A stretch of DNA of 64,000 nt from Mobula hypostoma (lineage: Eukaryota). The DNA lies in the NCBI RefSeq assembly GCF_963921235.1, contig NC_086108.1:3968001-4032000 (forward strand), given 5' to 3'. Below the pieces are notes generated by a model, which made no database searches, had not been told where the DNA came from, and worked only from the letters and a program-made list of their open reading frames with translations. Positions within the stretch are counted from its first letter, which is position 1. Each line of letters opens with the position of its first letter. The translations under genes were made by a program, and so were the position numbers. Of this stretch, positions 23,355-36,511 are shown in pieces.

Positions 23355-24115
23355 TCAACGTTCCATTTAATCTCAGAGAATTTAAACAGTATACACCTTG
23401 AAATTCTTACTCTTCACAGTCATCTACAAATCAAGAAAAACCCCAAAGAGTGAATGGCAGAAAAACATTAGAACCCCAAAGCCTAGCCACCTCCTCCCTT
23501 CACACAAGCAGCAGTAGCAAAGCATCAATCCTCCGCCCTCCCCCCACCTGCCTCAGCAAAAAACATCAGCCCCCCACCACCACCACCCACCATGCAACGT
23601 TGACAAAGATACCATGATCTAAAGTCCATCCAAAACTACTGTTCACCTCAACAGTTTGAGATGCCTGGGGCTCTCTCTCTCCTCCTAGTGAGGGAGAGAG
23701 AGATATCACTCCTGCCACAGTGAGAGGGAGACCAACAGCTGGCTGCTTCGATGTTATAGTCTGCAGCGTTGCTTATTTCGACAGCCGCGTACACTGTTGT
23801 CTCGATGTTCTGATCTCCCACCGTGCTTCCGTCAGTAACAGTGGCGTGGAATTGGTTCGTCCACAGGCCACAGGGCCGCACCCCGAAGGTGCCAATCTTC
23901 TAGGCCACTCCTGGAGATAGCGAATTCACTAGTCCGCTTGGTGAGCTCCAAGAATGGGAGCCCACCTCCGTGAAAAAGTGCAGTTTGAGGGCAGCTGTAC
24001 ATCACAGACTCTGACAGGACCCCAGCCACCTTGAGAAGGGGAAAAGAAACATTAGAAGAGTTATAAACTGTTTCACAGATGGACTGACACATGTCACTCT
24101 CTGGCACCATCTTTA
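23355..24115 (-). mobile_element. Non-autonomous LINE-derived repeat of about 0.8 kb (related copy at 45565-46370)
   Basis: The two copies share the tail ..TCAGAGAA..TATACA..TGAAATTC..CCCCAAAGA.TGAATG.CAG and a GGCACCAT end. Confidence 0.55.
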
Positions 24116-24805
24116 GCTCCTCCAAAAATGGCCTAATTCTGCTCTAATAGTTTATAGTCTTATGATGACAGTTAGCCAAGGACAAAGATATTGGGACATG
24201 TGAGCATAAGTTTGGTCCAACAGATTAGATATTCTATTCAAATTCAGTTTCATTTATTTATCACAAGTACATCAAGGAGTCAAAGTGCATTCATCATACA
24301 GAAATTCATCCTCCTGTAGGCAGCCACAAAATAAAGAAGCACTATGAAACCTGTCAAGGAAATGTCAAACACCCAACCCGCAGAAAAGGAGAATGAACAG
24401 CACATAGAATATCAAACATCAAACTAGTGATATTCAGTTTAGTTCAGTTCAGTGCCATGCTGCTAACCAGTGCAGGCCATAGAACCATTCCCTAGAACCA
24501 TAGAATTACCATTCTCTGCTAAAGCATTCCAGTCTGCATCGATCAAACTGCTCAAAAATAGCAAACTAAAGAGTAACCAGAATCCTGGATCATATCATGT
24601 GCAACATAAATCTCGAAGTTACCCAAACGAGTTCACAGCCTCTCTGATTGATCCTAGCAATGTGGATCCCAAGACTCTTGCACTTTCCTCTGATGGCAGC
24701 TAGCGAGAGGAGATGAAGACCGGTCAAATGCAGATGGACAGTGCTGAGCACCCATCTGTCCTCTGCTGTCCTCTCATCAGCCTTGCTCGACGCCTCATTC
24801 AGGGA

Positions 24806-24972
24806 GGAGCAATGGGGACAATCATGGGCTCATACCCTCCACATCTCAATCGGAGAGAAGTAATGGAGTTGATCATTGGCTCGCACCCTCCACATCTCAA
24901 TCGAAGAGAAGCAATGGAGTCGATCACAGGCTCGCACCCTCGATGCCTCAGTCGGAGAGAAGCAATGGAGTG
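24806..24972. repeat. 51-bp tandem repeat, about 3.2 copies
   Basis: AG(C/T)AATGG recurs at 24808, 24859, 24910 and 24961. Confidence 0.9.
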
Positions 24973-26337
24973 AACCCATGATACCAGGCCTCCAGGCCGC
25001 ACAATCCACTCGAAACCTCACTGAACTCCCTTGAAGACAGCAAAGCACCAGATCACTTAATTGGCCCAAAAACACATCATCAAAATGTAAATCACAGGTG
25101 CCAATTACACGCAGCGTAGTAGTAGAATCATATTTGAAAGTGTACTTATCAAAACGTTAACTGAAATCTGTCTTTTTCGTTAACAACCAACACAACTTAC
25201 GAAGTGCTGGGACAGCCCACAATGCTTCGCAACATCAGCAGCAAGAGCCAACAAAATAACAACAGCAAAACGTCCTTCCTCCCAGTGACACACTCAGACA
25301 TTCCTCGACCCCAGCACAGGCCACCAGCGTGCTTCCAGCCTCCAGTAGACTTAGTGGGGAGAGAGGCTGAAAGACGTCTTAGAGCGTGGTTAGCAACTGC
25401 AGGCAAGCCCACCAAAGATACAATCAAAATCAGGTTCAATATCACTGGCATATCTTGTTAAATTTTTTGTGAAAAACTAGGAATTACAGGAAGAAATATA
25501 TATATATATATATATAAGTAGTGAGGTAATGTTCATGGATGCGTTGTCCATTTAGAAATTGGATGGCAGAGGGGAAGAAGCTTTTCCTGAATTGCTGAGT
25601 ATGTGCCTTCAGGCTTCTGTATCTCCTCCTCAAAGATAGCAATGAGAAGAGGGTACGTCCTGGATGTTGGCCGTCACTGCCTTTTTGAAGCACTGCTGGA
25701 TGCTGGGGAGGCTAGTGCCCATGATGGAGCTGACTGAGTTTACAACTTTCTGGAGCTTACTTTGACCTTGTGCAGTAGCCCCACCTCTCCCCTACCCCCA
25801 TACCAGATGGTGATGCAGCCAGTTAGAATGCTTCTCACGGTACATCTGCAGAAATTTGCAAGTGTCTTTGATGACATACCAAATCTCCTCAAACTCCTAA
25901 TGAAATATACAGCCACTGTCGTGCCTTCTTTGTAACTGCATCAATATGTTGGGGCCAGGATCCTCAGAGACATTGACACCCAGGAACTTGATTAAATTCT
26001 GAAAATAGTGTAAGTATATTTTGTTATTTTAAATTACTAGTCCTCTATGGCAGGGTTCCACACAAAAAAAATACTGGAGGATCTTCAGGCAATGTTCATC
26101 ATCAAAGACCTCCCCACCAAATCACCATCAGGTCCGTGCCCTCTTCTCGCAGCTACCATCAGGCAGAGAAGCCTGAAGTCCCACGTAGGCAGGTTCAAGA
26201 ACAGCTACGCCTCTTCAACCATTCTTAAACCCAACCTGCATAACCCTCATCAAAGTCAAGCTGACTGTCATCTGCACAAGTGCAATGAAAAACTTACTTG
26301 CAGCAGATATGCGTCATTCACGTTAAAAAAAACATAA

Positions 26338-27136
26338 TGTTGGAGAACAAAGATTTTGCTTCCTGAATAATTTTGGGTGTATCTTATGGATTTTGGGCTG
26401 CTGATCATGAAAATCACCATGAAAATTTCCCTGTCACACCATATTTTAAAAATTGCTTGTATTTGTTATTTCAATCCATAATTCAAGTCAGAAGAACTTG
26501 AAGCCAAGATTAAGGAACACATTTTTGTGGGTCCACAAATCAAACAGGTCATCAATGACAGGCAATTTGAAGAACTTCTAGTGGAACCAGAGAAAATCAC
26601 ATGGAAGGCGTTCAAGGATGTTGAAAATTTTCTTGGCATCTACAGAGCAACAAACTACGTGCAGCTGGTTGACAACATGCTTCAAGCATGCAAAACCACA
26701 AAGTGCAACGTCACTAAAGATTCATTTTCTGCATTCCCATTTAGACTTGTTCGGTGCAAATCTTGGCACTGTCAGTGATGAGCATGGTGAAAGGTTTCAC
26801 CAGGACATTGCGGTCATGGAGGAATGGTATCAGGGCAACTGGAATCCATCAATGCTGGCTGATTATTGTTGGACACTTAAGCAAAAAGCCTCAGACACTG
26901 AGCACAAATGAAAATCATCAACAAAATATTTTTAGCTTAGTTAAACTATTGCAAAGTGTCAGTGCCATTATGCAATTAAACACATTATATTCAACAAAAG
27001 TTAATTTCTTGTTTCTTCAAATTCCAAAATGATATAAATAGTCCGAAATTATATTTGTGTTCAGCTTCAAGCAGTGTATCATAAACAAAGAAAAGTTTCT
27101 GAGGAAACAACACTTTTGAAAAAAATTGTCCAGTAT
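26338..27136 (+). mobile_element. CMC/Chapaev3-type DNA transposon, deletion derivative with transposase C-terminus
   Basis: KIKEHIFVGPQIK, then SLKIHFLHSHLD..NLGTVSDEHGERFHQDI..ME..YQG.WNPSMLADYCWTLK; frameshifted; ends approximate. Confidence 0.75.
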
Positions 27137-27518
27137 CATACACAAGTTTTACAAGAACGAAGACAATTTGAACTAAAACAAAAACCAAGTCCTTTTGCGT
27201 GCAAAGTGCTAAATGTCGATTAGAGTTGTATCGAACAGTTCAAAAACCGAGTGAATGAAGAGACACAGCAGTTCTTGAACTTGGTGATGTGGCACTTCAG
27301 ACTTCTGTACCTCCTGCCCAATGGAAGATGCAGGAAAATGGCATGGCCCTGAGGGTGGGGATCTTTGATGAGGCAGTGCCTCCTGTAGGTAGGGGGTGGT
27401 GGTGGTGGGATGTCCCCATGATGTTCTGGGATGAGTCCACTATTCTCTGCACATTTGAATTGCCATACCAGACCACGATGCAACCAGTCAGGGAATTTTC
27501 AGCAGTATATCTGTAGAC

Positions 27519-27598
27519 CAGGGGTTCCCAATCTTTCTTATAACATGCACCAGTACCATTAAGCAAGGGGTCCATGGACCCCAGGTTGGCAACCCCTG
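27519..27598. mobile_element. 80-bp hAT (Charlie-like) MITE; relatives at about 49134-49208 and 60449-60500
   Basis: TIRs CAGGGGTTCCCAA / TTGGCAACCCCTG; 8-bp TSD CTGTAGAC / CTGTAGAT. Confidence 0.8.
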
Positions 27599-30447
27599 CT
27601 GTAGATGTTTATGAGAACGTTCAATGACAATCTGCCTTCACCTCCTAAGAAAGATGTTAGCATTCACTCTCCCTTCTCTCTTTTTCTATTCCTGATTCTG
27701 GTTCCATTCTCGCTCCTCCTCACCTGCCCATCACCTCCACCTTCCCTTTCTCTCATGGTCCACTATCCTCACCTATCAGATTCCAGCCTTTTACCACTTC
27801 CATCTATCACCTGCCAGCTTCTTATTTCATTCTCTCTTCCCACCTGCCTACATTCCCTCTCACCTTGTCTCACCTGTCACTTGTCACCTTCTTATTCTGG
27901 TTTCTGCCTTCTTCCTTTCCTGTCCCAGTAGAATCATAGAAAAATACAGCACAGAAACAGGCCCTTCAGCCCATCTAGTCCATTTAAACAGCTTACTCCC
28001 ATCAACCTTCACGTGGACCACAGCCCTACCATGCATGCTGGCAGCTCATTCCATACTCTCATGACCCTCCGAGAGAAGTGTCCCCTCATGTTTCCCTTAA
28101 ACTTTTCACCTTTCACCCTTAACCCATGACCTCTAGTCGTAGTCTCAACCTGAAACGCTGACCATTTCATCCTCTCCATAGATGCTGCCTGACAGGCTGA
28201 GTTCCTGCAGCATTTTCATGTGTGTGTTGCTCTGGTTTTCCAGTATCTGCAGAATCTCTTGTGCTTTTATGCTGTCCTTGTGGTTGTAAAGCAGATGATA
28301 AGGAATTACTTTGCTCCTGTGTCACCTGAGTCTGTGGAAGTAAAAGTTGGTAATCGGGAAATGTGAAACAGGCGGGGTGGAGATATGTCTCTACCAAAAG
28401 AAGCGTAAGGTGCACCTTCCCTCCACTAGCCTGTGGGTCATCCTTGGGCAAGGTGTAGAGAGTGCTTAGCCACCTCCCCCCCCCCCACCTGATCAGGGTC
28501 ATGTTAAGTCATGGGAGCAGGTTTGGATGGTTGCACATATCACAAGTCCTGGTTATGCCACCACTGACACTAGGCAGACAATCTCTGAAGAGTATTGATA
28601 ATGGCTGAGTGGCAGGGGGTTGTGTAATGGCTGTCTGTAAAAACATTACCCAGAAGAAGACAATGGAAAGCCACTTGTGTAGAAAAATTTGCTCAGAACA
28701 ATTGTGGTCATGGATAAAGAGAGGAATCAGAATGGCAGCATGGGGAGGCGGGTGGTGGGAGTCTTCCCCACAGGCAGATTAGGGATGAATGGAAGACCAT
28801 GATCGCCACGTCATAACGATGATGAAAGCAGGTTATGTATCCTCACTTGCTGCTAGCAATCTGTGATACCTTCAGGGAGAGTTAAAAACCAAGAGAATTC
28901 ACATCATTTCCCCAGGGCAGTGACTGTAAGTCAGCACTCTGCCACTGGGTGGGGCCATTGTCTCAGTTTACCAGGTTCCTTTGCCAGGCGTCTGTGTCTT
29001 TAACAACACTGGCGTGCTCACTCACTCACAATCCTGCAGTACCTTGATCTGTAAAATTGTTTACAGATCCATCCATGGCTTTGACCCACCCAGTATCCGT
29101 AATCAGCAGCCCTGCAACCCTGAGGTGGTGAATCCAAGCCTCTTTAACTCCTGGAGTAAAAGAAAGGTTTGCCTTGTCCTGAGTGGCAAAAGTATCCTTA
29201 CACGGTTCATTGTCACCGATGTGCGTGACAGGAAATTTGCAGTACAAAGATGTAAAATTACTATAAATTGCAAAAATAAATCGTCCAGAAAGAATAAGGA
29301 ATAATAACATAAGTTCATGGGCTGTTCAGAAATCTAATGGTGGAAGCGAAGAAAATGTTCCTGAATCGTTGAAAGCAACACACATAAAAACCTGGAGGAA
29401 CTCAGCAGGTCAGGCAGCATCCATGGAAATAAATAAACAGTCGACATTTTGGGCCGAGATCCTTCTTCAGGACTGTATGTGTGCCTTTAGGCTCCTGTGC
29501 CTCCTCCCAGATAGTAGGAATGAAAAGAGGGCATGTCTGGATGGTGAGGGTCCTTGATGATGGATGCCGCCTTCTTGAGGCATCGCCTTTGAAGACGTCC
29601 TCAATGGTGAGGAGGCTCGTGCCTGTGACGCAGCTGACTGAGTCTTTTACCGATCCATGCATTGGCCCCTTCATGCCAGACGGTCAGAATGGTCTCCACA
29701 GTCCATCTGTAGATATTTGCTGGTGTCTTTGGTCGTTCCTCACTCTCAGATTTGGGCTCTGCCACTTCAGTACGACCTGTACCTCACCTTTCCAATTCAG
29801 CTTGGCTCTTAAATGGGCCAGACCTTGGACCTCTCCTCGCCTCCCCTTGCCTCGGCTCCACTGCATCTTATTTCCTCCAAGTCCACTCTAGCTCGGACAT
29901 GCTGCAACCATCCTGCCTCAACGAGACTCCGGCCACTCCTTAAAAACGCCAGATCAAACAGGCGATTCTTCTCAACTCCAACTGGGAAGCCACAGGCTCC
30001 CGTCGCAAAGATCGTTTACCAGAAAAAGAGCGAGTAACAAAGTATTTGAGACCTCGTTAAGAGATTGGGGTCCAGTGATATAAAACTGAGGTCTCTGGAA
30101 TTTTCCAGACAGATGAGCTTTGGAGGTTGGATCATTGGGGGCGTTTGAGGAGGGAGGCAAATGAAAGATTTGGGGATTGAGGAGTATGCACAGGAGAGGA
30201 ACAAAGAACAGCTCAGGCCCTTCGGCCTGCGTGTTGTGCTTCCACTTTAACCTACTCTATGGTCAACCCTTCCCTCTGACATAGCCCTCCAGTTTTCTTC
30301 CATCCATGTGTCTTCCAAATGTCCATAATGCATCTGTCTCTACCACCCACCACACTCTGTGTAAAGAAAAAACTACCTCAGGCATTTCCACCCTGGGAAA
30401 GAGTCTGTGGCTGCCCACTCAATCCATGCCTCATTTCATCTTGTATA

Positions 30448-32068
30448 CAGTGGCATGCAAAGGTTTGGGCACCCTGGTTAAAATTCCTGTTACTGTGAAT
30501 AGTTAAGTGAGCAGAAGATGAACTAATCTCCAGAAGTCATAAAGTTAAAGATGAAACATTCTTTTCAACACTTTAAGCAAGATTAGTGTATTATTTTTGT
30601 TTTGTACAATTTTAGAATGAAGAAAAGGAAAGGAGCACCATGCAAAAGTTTGGGTACCCGAAGAGATTTGATCCTTCAGATAACTTTTACCAAGGTCTCA
30701 GACCTTAATTAGCTTGTTAGGGCTATGGCTTTTTCACAGTCATCATTAGGAAAGGCCAGGTGACTCAAATTTCAAAGCTTCATAAATACCTTGACTTCCC
30801 AAACCTTGTCCCAACAATCAGCAGCGATGGGCTCCTCTAAGCAGCTTCCTAGCACTCTGAAAATTAAAATAAATGATGCCCACAAAGCAGGAGAAGGCTA
30901 TAAGAAGATAGCAAAGCGTTTTCAGGTAGCCGTTTCCTCAGTTCATAATGTAATTAAGAAACAGCAGTTAACAGGAACGGTGGAGGGCAAGTTGAGGTCT
31001 GGAAGACCAGGAAAACTTTCTGAGAGAACTGCTCGTAGGATTGCTAGAAAGGCAAATCAAAACCCCCGTTTGACTGCAAAAGACCTTCAGGAAGATTTAG
31101 CAGACTCTGGAGTGGTGGTGCACTGTTCTACTGTGCAGCAACACCTGCACAAATATGACCTTCATGGAAGAGTCATCAGAAGAAAACCTCTCCTGCGTCC
31201 TCACCACAAAATTCAGCGTCAGAAGTTTGCAAAGGAACACCTAAACAAGCCTGATGCATTTTGGAAACAGGTCCTGTGGACTGATGAAGTTAAAATAGAA
31301 CTTTTTGGCCACAATGAACAAAGGTATGTTTGGAGAAAAAAGGGTGCAGAATTTCATGAAAAGAACAACTCTCCAACTGTTAAGCATGGGGGTGGATCGA
31401 TCATGCTTTGGGCTTGTGTTGCAGCCAATGGCACGGGGAACATTTCACTGGTAGAGGGAAGAATGAATTCAATTAAATACCAGCAAATTCTGGAAGCAAA
31501 CATCACACCGTCTGTAAAAAAAACTAAAGATGAAAAGAGGATGGCTTCTACAACAGGATAATATCCTAAACACACCTCAAAATCCGCAATGGACTACCTC
31601 AAGAGGTGCAAGCTGAAGGTTCTGCCATGGCCCTCACAGTCCCCTGACCTAAACATCATTAGGAATCTGTGGATAGACCTCAAAAGAGCAGTGCATACAA
31701 GACGGCCCGAGAATCTCACAGAACTAGAAGCCTTTTGCAAGGAAGAATGGGCGAAAATCCCCCAAACAAGAATTGAAAGACTCTTAGCTGGCTACAGGAA
31801 GCGTTTACAAGCTGTGATACTTGCCAAAGGGGGTGTTACTAAGTACTGCTATGCAGGGTGCCCAAACTTTTGCCTCAGGCCCTTTTCCTTTTTTGTTATT
31901 TTGAAACTGTTAAAGATGGAAATAAAAAAGTAATCTTGCCTAAAATATTAAAGAAATGTGTCATCTTTAACTTGATGCCTTTTGGAAATCAGGTCATCTT
32001 TTACTCGCTTAGCTATTCACAGTAACAGAACTTTTGACCAGGGGTGCCCAAACTTCTGCATGCCATTG
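30448..32068 (+). mobile_element. Full-length Tc1-like transposon (IR/DR type), inserted in a CR1 fragment
   Basis: TA at 30446-47 and 32069-70; about 210-bp imperfect inverted repeats with inner and outer GCAAAxGTTTGGGxACCC direct repeats; 1621 bp. Confidence 0.95.
30827..31850 (+). pseudogene. Tc1 transposase, disrupted
   Basis: MGSSKQL..GYKKIAK, GRP, VLWTDEVK, KHGGGSIMLW, QQDN, WPSQSPDLN; frameshifts around 31515-31565; catalytic E replaced (LNIIRNLW). Confidence 0.9.
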
Positions 32069-32479
32069 TACCTCTCATCTTCCTCCACTGCAAAGGGAAA
32101 TACCCTAGCTTGCTCAAGCTATACTCATCAGAAATGCTTTTTAATCCAGACAGCATCCTGCTGAATCTCTGTAGTCTCTCTAAAGCTTCCACATCCTTCC
32201 TAAAATGTGTCCAGAACTGAACACAGTACTTCAAGTGTAGTCTAACCAGAGTTTTATAGAGCTGCTGGGAGGCGCGCTGGAGATATGTCTCTAACAAGGA
32301 AGGTGTAAAGCACTCTTTTCCCCGGCTAGCCTGCAGGTCACCCTTTGGCAAGGTGTAGCATCTGCATATTACCCCCCCCCCTCCCCGGGATTAGAGTCAC
32401 ATTAAGCCATTGGAGCAGGTGGTGGATGGCCGTATGAGCAGCCGGCGCCTGTCGCATGTCCCGGTTATGTGACCACTGA

Positions 32480-32935
32480 CCTGGGATGTTCAGAGTGAAG
32501 GGGCTTGCCGTGTCCATTCTGGGGCAGCTCACTCACCTCCGGTCCCCACCAGACACTCAGCTCTCACCTGTAGCTGTCTGCATGCAACAACAGCCACCGT
32601 CGGGTACACCACTTCGACGGGCGGGCTAGCTAGGTGGGGGTATCCGGCGAGCCTCGTACCCTGGTGAGATAGGGACATGCCTATCCAGTGGAATGGGTGG
32701 ATGAGATCTGCAGTGAGGGAGCAAAAGACATGACAAGCGTAGAAGACGTCATGGTTATCCACTGCAACCAAGAAAGACCCCGGTTGTGACGATTACTCGT
32801 TCCACTGGACCCAGATTTCCGAGGTCGAGAGAGTGGAACTGCCCAGTGCAATGGGTTTTCCACTTTAAACACTCTCCCTCACAGGTTTCCTGTCATTGTT
32901 GGACACAGTGGACAACCACCATCACAATTACCACA
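32480..32935 (+). mobile_element. Unclassified interspersed-repeat-like insertion following an RTE-related SINE
   Basis: GC-rich block that begins where the SINE at 32270-32480 breaks off; ends in short (CA/CCA)-rich repeats; only one copy in the window. Confidence 0.3.
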
Positions 32936-34309
32936 ACCCCTCTGTCCAACGCAGGCAGTGGTAAATTTTTTAAATTAATGAATTAGATTGTTATTGTTAC
33001 ATGCACCGAGGTATAATGGAAAAATGCCATCCATGCAAACCCTTACAATACTGTGCTGAGATAGAACAAGGGAAGACAATACCAGAATGCAGAATGAAGT
33101 GTTGCAGTTCCAGAGAAAGTGCAGTGCAAGAAAACAATAAGGTCCAAGGCCACGACAAGGTAGATTGTGAGGTCAAGGGTTCATTAGACCATCAGGCATA
33201 GGAGCAAAATTAGGCTGTTCGCTCCCTTGAGTCTCCTCCATCATTCCATCATTTAATGTCCCTTTCAACCCATATCTCCCCTCACCCCGGATTGAGTCAC
33301 GTTAAGCCTGCCTCCTCCCTATAACCTTTGATGCCCTTACTAATCAAGAACCTATCAACCTCTGCCTTAATGTTCTATCCAGCCATCTGTGGCAATGAAT
33401 TGCTCCTCATCTCTGTTCTAGTGGGACATCCTTATATTCTGAGGCTGTGTCCTGTGGTTCTAGACTCCCCCACTATAGGAAGCATCCTCTCCACATCGAG
33501 GCCTTTCAATATTCAATAGGTTTCAATGAGATCCACCCCCCCGCCCCCTTCATTCTTCTAAACTCCAGTCAGTTCAGGCCCAGAGCCATCAAACATACCT
33601 CATACGTTAACCCATTCATTCCCCAGATCATGTATCACCAGGAACATTTCAATTTGACTTCCTATTCCCATTCTGGCATGTTGGCCCATTGCTGCCTCTA
33701 CTGCCGTGATGAAGCTAAGCTCAGCTTGGAGGAGCAACGTTCAGTCTGGGTAGCATCCATCCTGGCTCAAGGACAGCTTCTAGTCTGCTGCTATAATCCT
33801 ACTGAATTATCCCCTAGTACAGTAAGATAGGTCTTGATCATTATGATCTTGCACCTTATTGCCCACCTGCACTATACTGTCTCTGTAGCTGGTACACTTT
33901 ATTCTGTTATTTTCCCTTGTACGACCTCAGTGTACTGATGGGATAACATGATCTGTATGGATGGCGTGCAAATTTTCACTGTACCTCAGTACATGTGACA
34001 GTAAAAATATATCAATTTACCGTGGTCATTGTCTCTTCTCCATTCTGCTGTCGGGCAGAAGATACAAAAGCCTGAAAGTACGTCCCACCAGTCTCTGCCA
34101 GCTTCTGCCCCACTGCTGAACATTTTACGGTACAATGATAAACTTCTAAGTGCCACAGTAAAGCAGCCAGCGTCTGCAAAGACCCCTCCCACCCCAGATA
34201 TTCATCTCCCCTCTACCATCAGGCAGAAGATACAAAAGCCTGAAAGCACATGCCACTAGCTTCTATCCCGCTGTTGAACACTCTGCAGTACGCTGATACA
34301 CTCCTAACT

Positions 34310-34670
34310 TACTGCTATTAGGACAGCATTGAAGGCCCTCCATCTCTGGGGGTGTTCAGGGCTTTCTTTATCATGTCGGTAGCTTCCTCTCAGTTTTCAC
34401 TACTGTCAGTCCTGGGTGGAGACTCAGGAATACCGTCACACTCAGGCGCAGGCGAAGGTTTCATTGCTGTTTCCATAACAGTTTTGTTTGACCAGTCAGG
34501 GTTATTAGCCTTGAGCTGAACCCCAGAACCTGGAGGACCGGCAGACCACTTTTAGTGTGGCCCCTCCCCTTTGACCTGTTTGGTATGGGTGACCCTACCA
34601 AAAGCCTTTACTCTGGCCAGCATAGCTCCTCATGAGGCACAGAAACCTCCAAACTCTACAACAAGATGGT
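34310..34670. mobile_element. Interspersed repeat (second copy at 42645-43045), probably RTE-derived
   Basis: The two loci align over about 350 bp (GTGTTCAGGGCTT..CTCAGTTTTCACTACTG..GACCAGTCAGGGTT..TTTGACCTGTTTG). Confidence 0.65.
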
Positions 34671-35289
34671 GGTTCTCGTAACAACAGGTTACAAACAGTC
34701 CACAGGAACAGAGCCCTGCTGTAAACTGGGGACGACCTGTGTAGCTTTAGAAGAGGTTGGCAGAGACCTTTGGCGATGATAGATGGCACTCTGCAGGCTG
34801 GAGAAGAATCTAAATTCTGCATTTGTTCAAATGTTGCTGCAACTGTGTGAGTTAATTTGCAAGTGATTTAATCCTGCCGAGTCAATTAAATTCAAGCAGA
34901 AAGTGCCAGTGTCCATACCGTGTAAGTAGCAACACCATTAAAGATTTAAAGAGGTTTATTCCAATCAACACTATAGCATAGCCTTGTGTGATCCTGCTAT
35001 GGTTTACAGCCATTGAAGTACTTTTCATAAAAGCACTGCTGTAGTATATAAAGACAACGTGGTGTTAGAAATCCAGGAATCTGCAAGCAGCCGTCTAGTG
35101 TGTGGCTCACTGTGGCAGGGCAATAGGCTCTGTGCTCGTGTGGTGTTGACCAACGAAGGTGTAACCCTGGTTCTGAATTACTGTTTGGACTATTGCGTTA
35201 ATGGACAGTGGACTTTCACAGACTTACAGTTTTTATATTTTGTGTTTTTCACCCATTTCTTTCTGTTTAGTTGTGCAAGAGGCAGGGTT

Positions 35290-36050
35290 TTGGGGTCGAT
35301 GTTCTTGTTCTGTTTTGTGCGGGGGAAGGGGGTTTGGGATCGATGTTCTTGTTCTGTTTTGTGCGGGGGAATGGGTTTTGGGATCGATGTTCTTGTTCTG
35401 TTTTGTGCGGGGGAATGGGTTTTGGGATCGATGTTCTTGTTCTGTTTTGTGCGGGGGAAAGGGGTTTGGGATCGATGTTCTTGTTCTGTTTTGTGCGGGG
35501 GAAGGGGGTTTTGGGATCGATGTTCTTGTTCTGTTTTGTGCGGGGGAAGGGGGTTTGGGATCGATGTTCTTGTTCTGTTTTGTGCGGGGGAAGGGGGTTT
35601 GGGATCGATGTTCTTGTTCTGTTTTGTGCGGGGGAATGGGTTTTGGGATCGATGTTCTTGTTCTGTTTTGTGCGGGGGAAGGGGGTTTGGGATCGATGTT
35701 CTTGTTCTGTTTTGTGCGGGGGAATGGGTTTTGGGATCGATGTTCTTGTTCTGTTTTGTGCGGGGGAAGGGGGTTTGGGATCGATGTTCTTGTTCTGTTT
35801 TGTGCAGGGGAAGGGGGTTTGGGATCGATGTTCTTGTTCTGTTTTGTGCAGGGGAAGGGAGTTTGGGATCGATGTTCTTGTTCCGTTTTGTGCGGGGGAA
35901 GGGGGTTTGGGGGCGATTTTGTTTTGTGGGAGGAGGGTTTGGGTGTTGATGATTGGGATGCTGTTTTTTTGTGCGGGGGAAGGGGGTTTGGGGGCGATTT
36001 TGTTTTGTGGGAGGAGGGTTTGGGTGTTGATGATTGGGATGCTGGTTTTT
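35290..36050. repeat. 43-45-bp G-rich minisatellite (14 units) followed by an ~81-bp duplication
   Basis: Unit GGGATCGATGTTCTTGTTCTGTTTTGTGCGGGGGAAGGGGGTTT with variant ..GGGGGAATGGGTTTT. Confidence 0.97.
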
Positions 36051-36441
36051 TGTGCTGGTGGGTTTGACGTTCTTTGTTTCATGGCTATCTGGGGAAGACA
36101 AATCTCAAAGTTGTATAAGGATACGTTGATAATGTACAAAATTATGAGGGGTATAGGTAAGGTCAATGCAAGCAGGCTTTTTCTACTGAAGCTGGGTGGA
36201 ACTACAACTAGAGGTCATGGGTTAAGGGTGAAAAGTGAATTTTGCATGCACCCATTTATATTTGTGTCAAAATTGCTGCTGTAAATTTTTCATTGCTCCT
36301 GTGCAGTTACGTATAAAAATCAGATTTATTATCTCTGACATGATAATAAATGTCAGAGATATGTTTCTAGTTTTGCGGCAGTAGTTCATTGCAATATATT
36401 TTTAAAAACTATAAGTTACAATAAGAAATATTTATAAATAT

Positions 36442-36511
36442 TACTGTGCAAAAGTCTTAGGCACGTACTTTATATATAGCTAGGGTTCCAAAGACCTTTG
36501 CACAGTACTGT
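36442..36511. mobile_element. ~70-bp palindromic Tc1-derived MITE; a third TIR-like copy at 36883-36910
   Basis: TACTGTGCAAAAGTCTTAGGCAC ... GTTCCAAAGACCTTTGCACAGTA. Confidence 0.6.

Noticed and set aside
32480..32620. Possible HDV-like ribozyme at the start of an RTE-like block
   Set aside because: The nested double pseudoknot could not be built by eye; an Infernal/RNArobo search would be needed.
35290..35910. CRISPR-like regular repeat array
   Set aside because: Units are contiguous with no unique spacers, no cas genes are present, and the context is eukaryotic.
35059..36284. Five overlapping ORFs of 288-337 aa on both strands
   Set aside because: Artefacts of the stop-poor 44-bp minisatellite; the translations are simple repeats.
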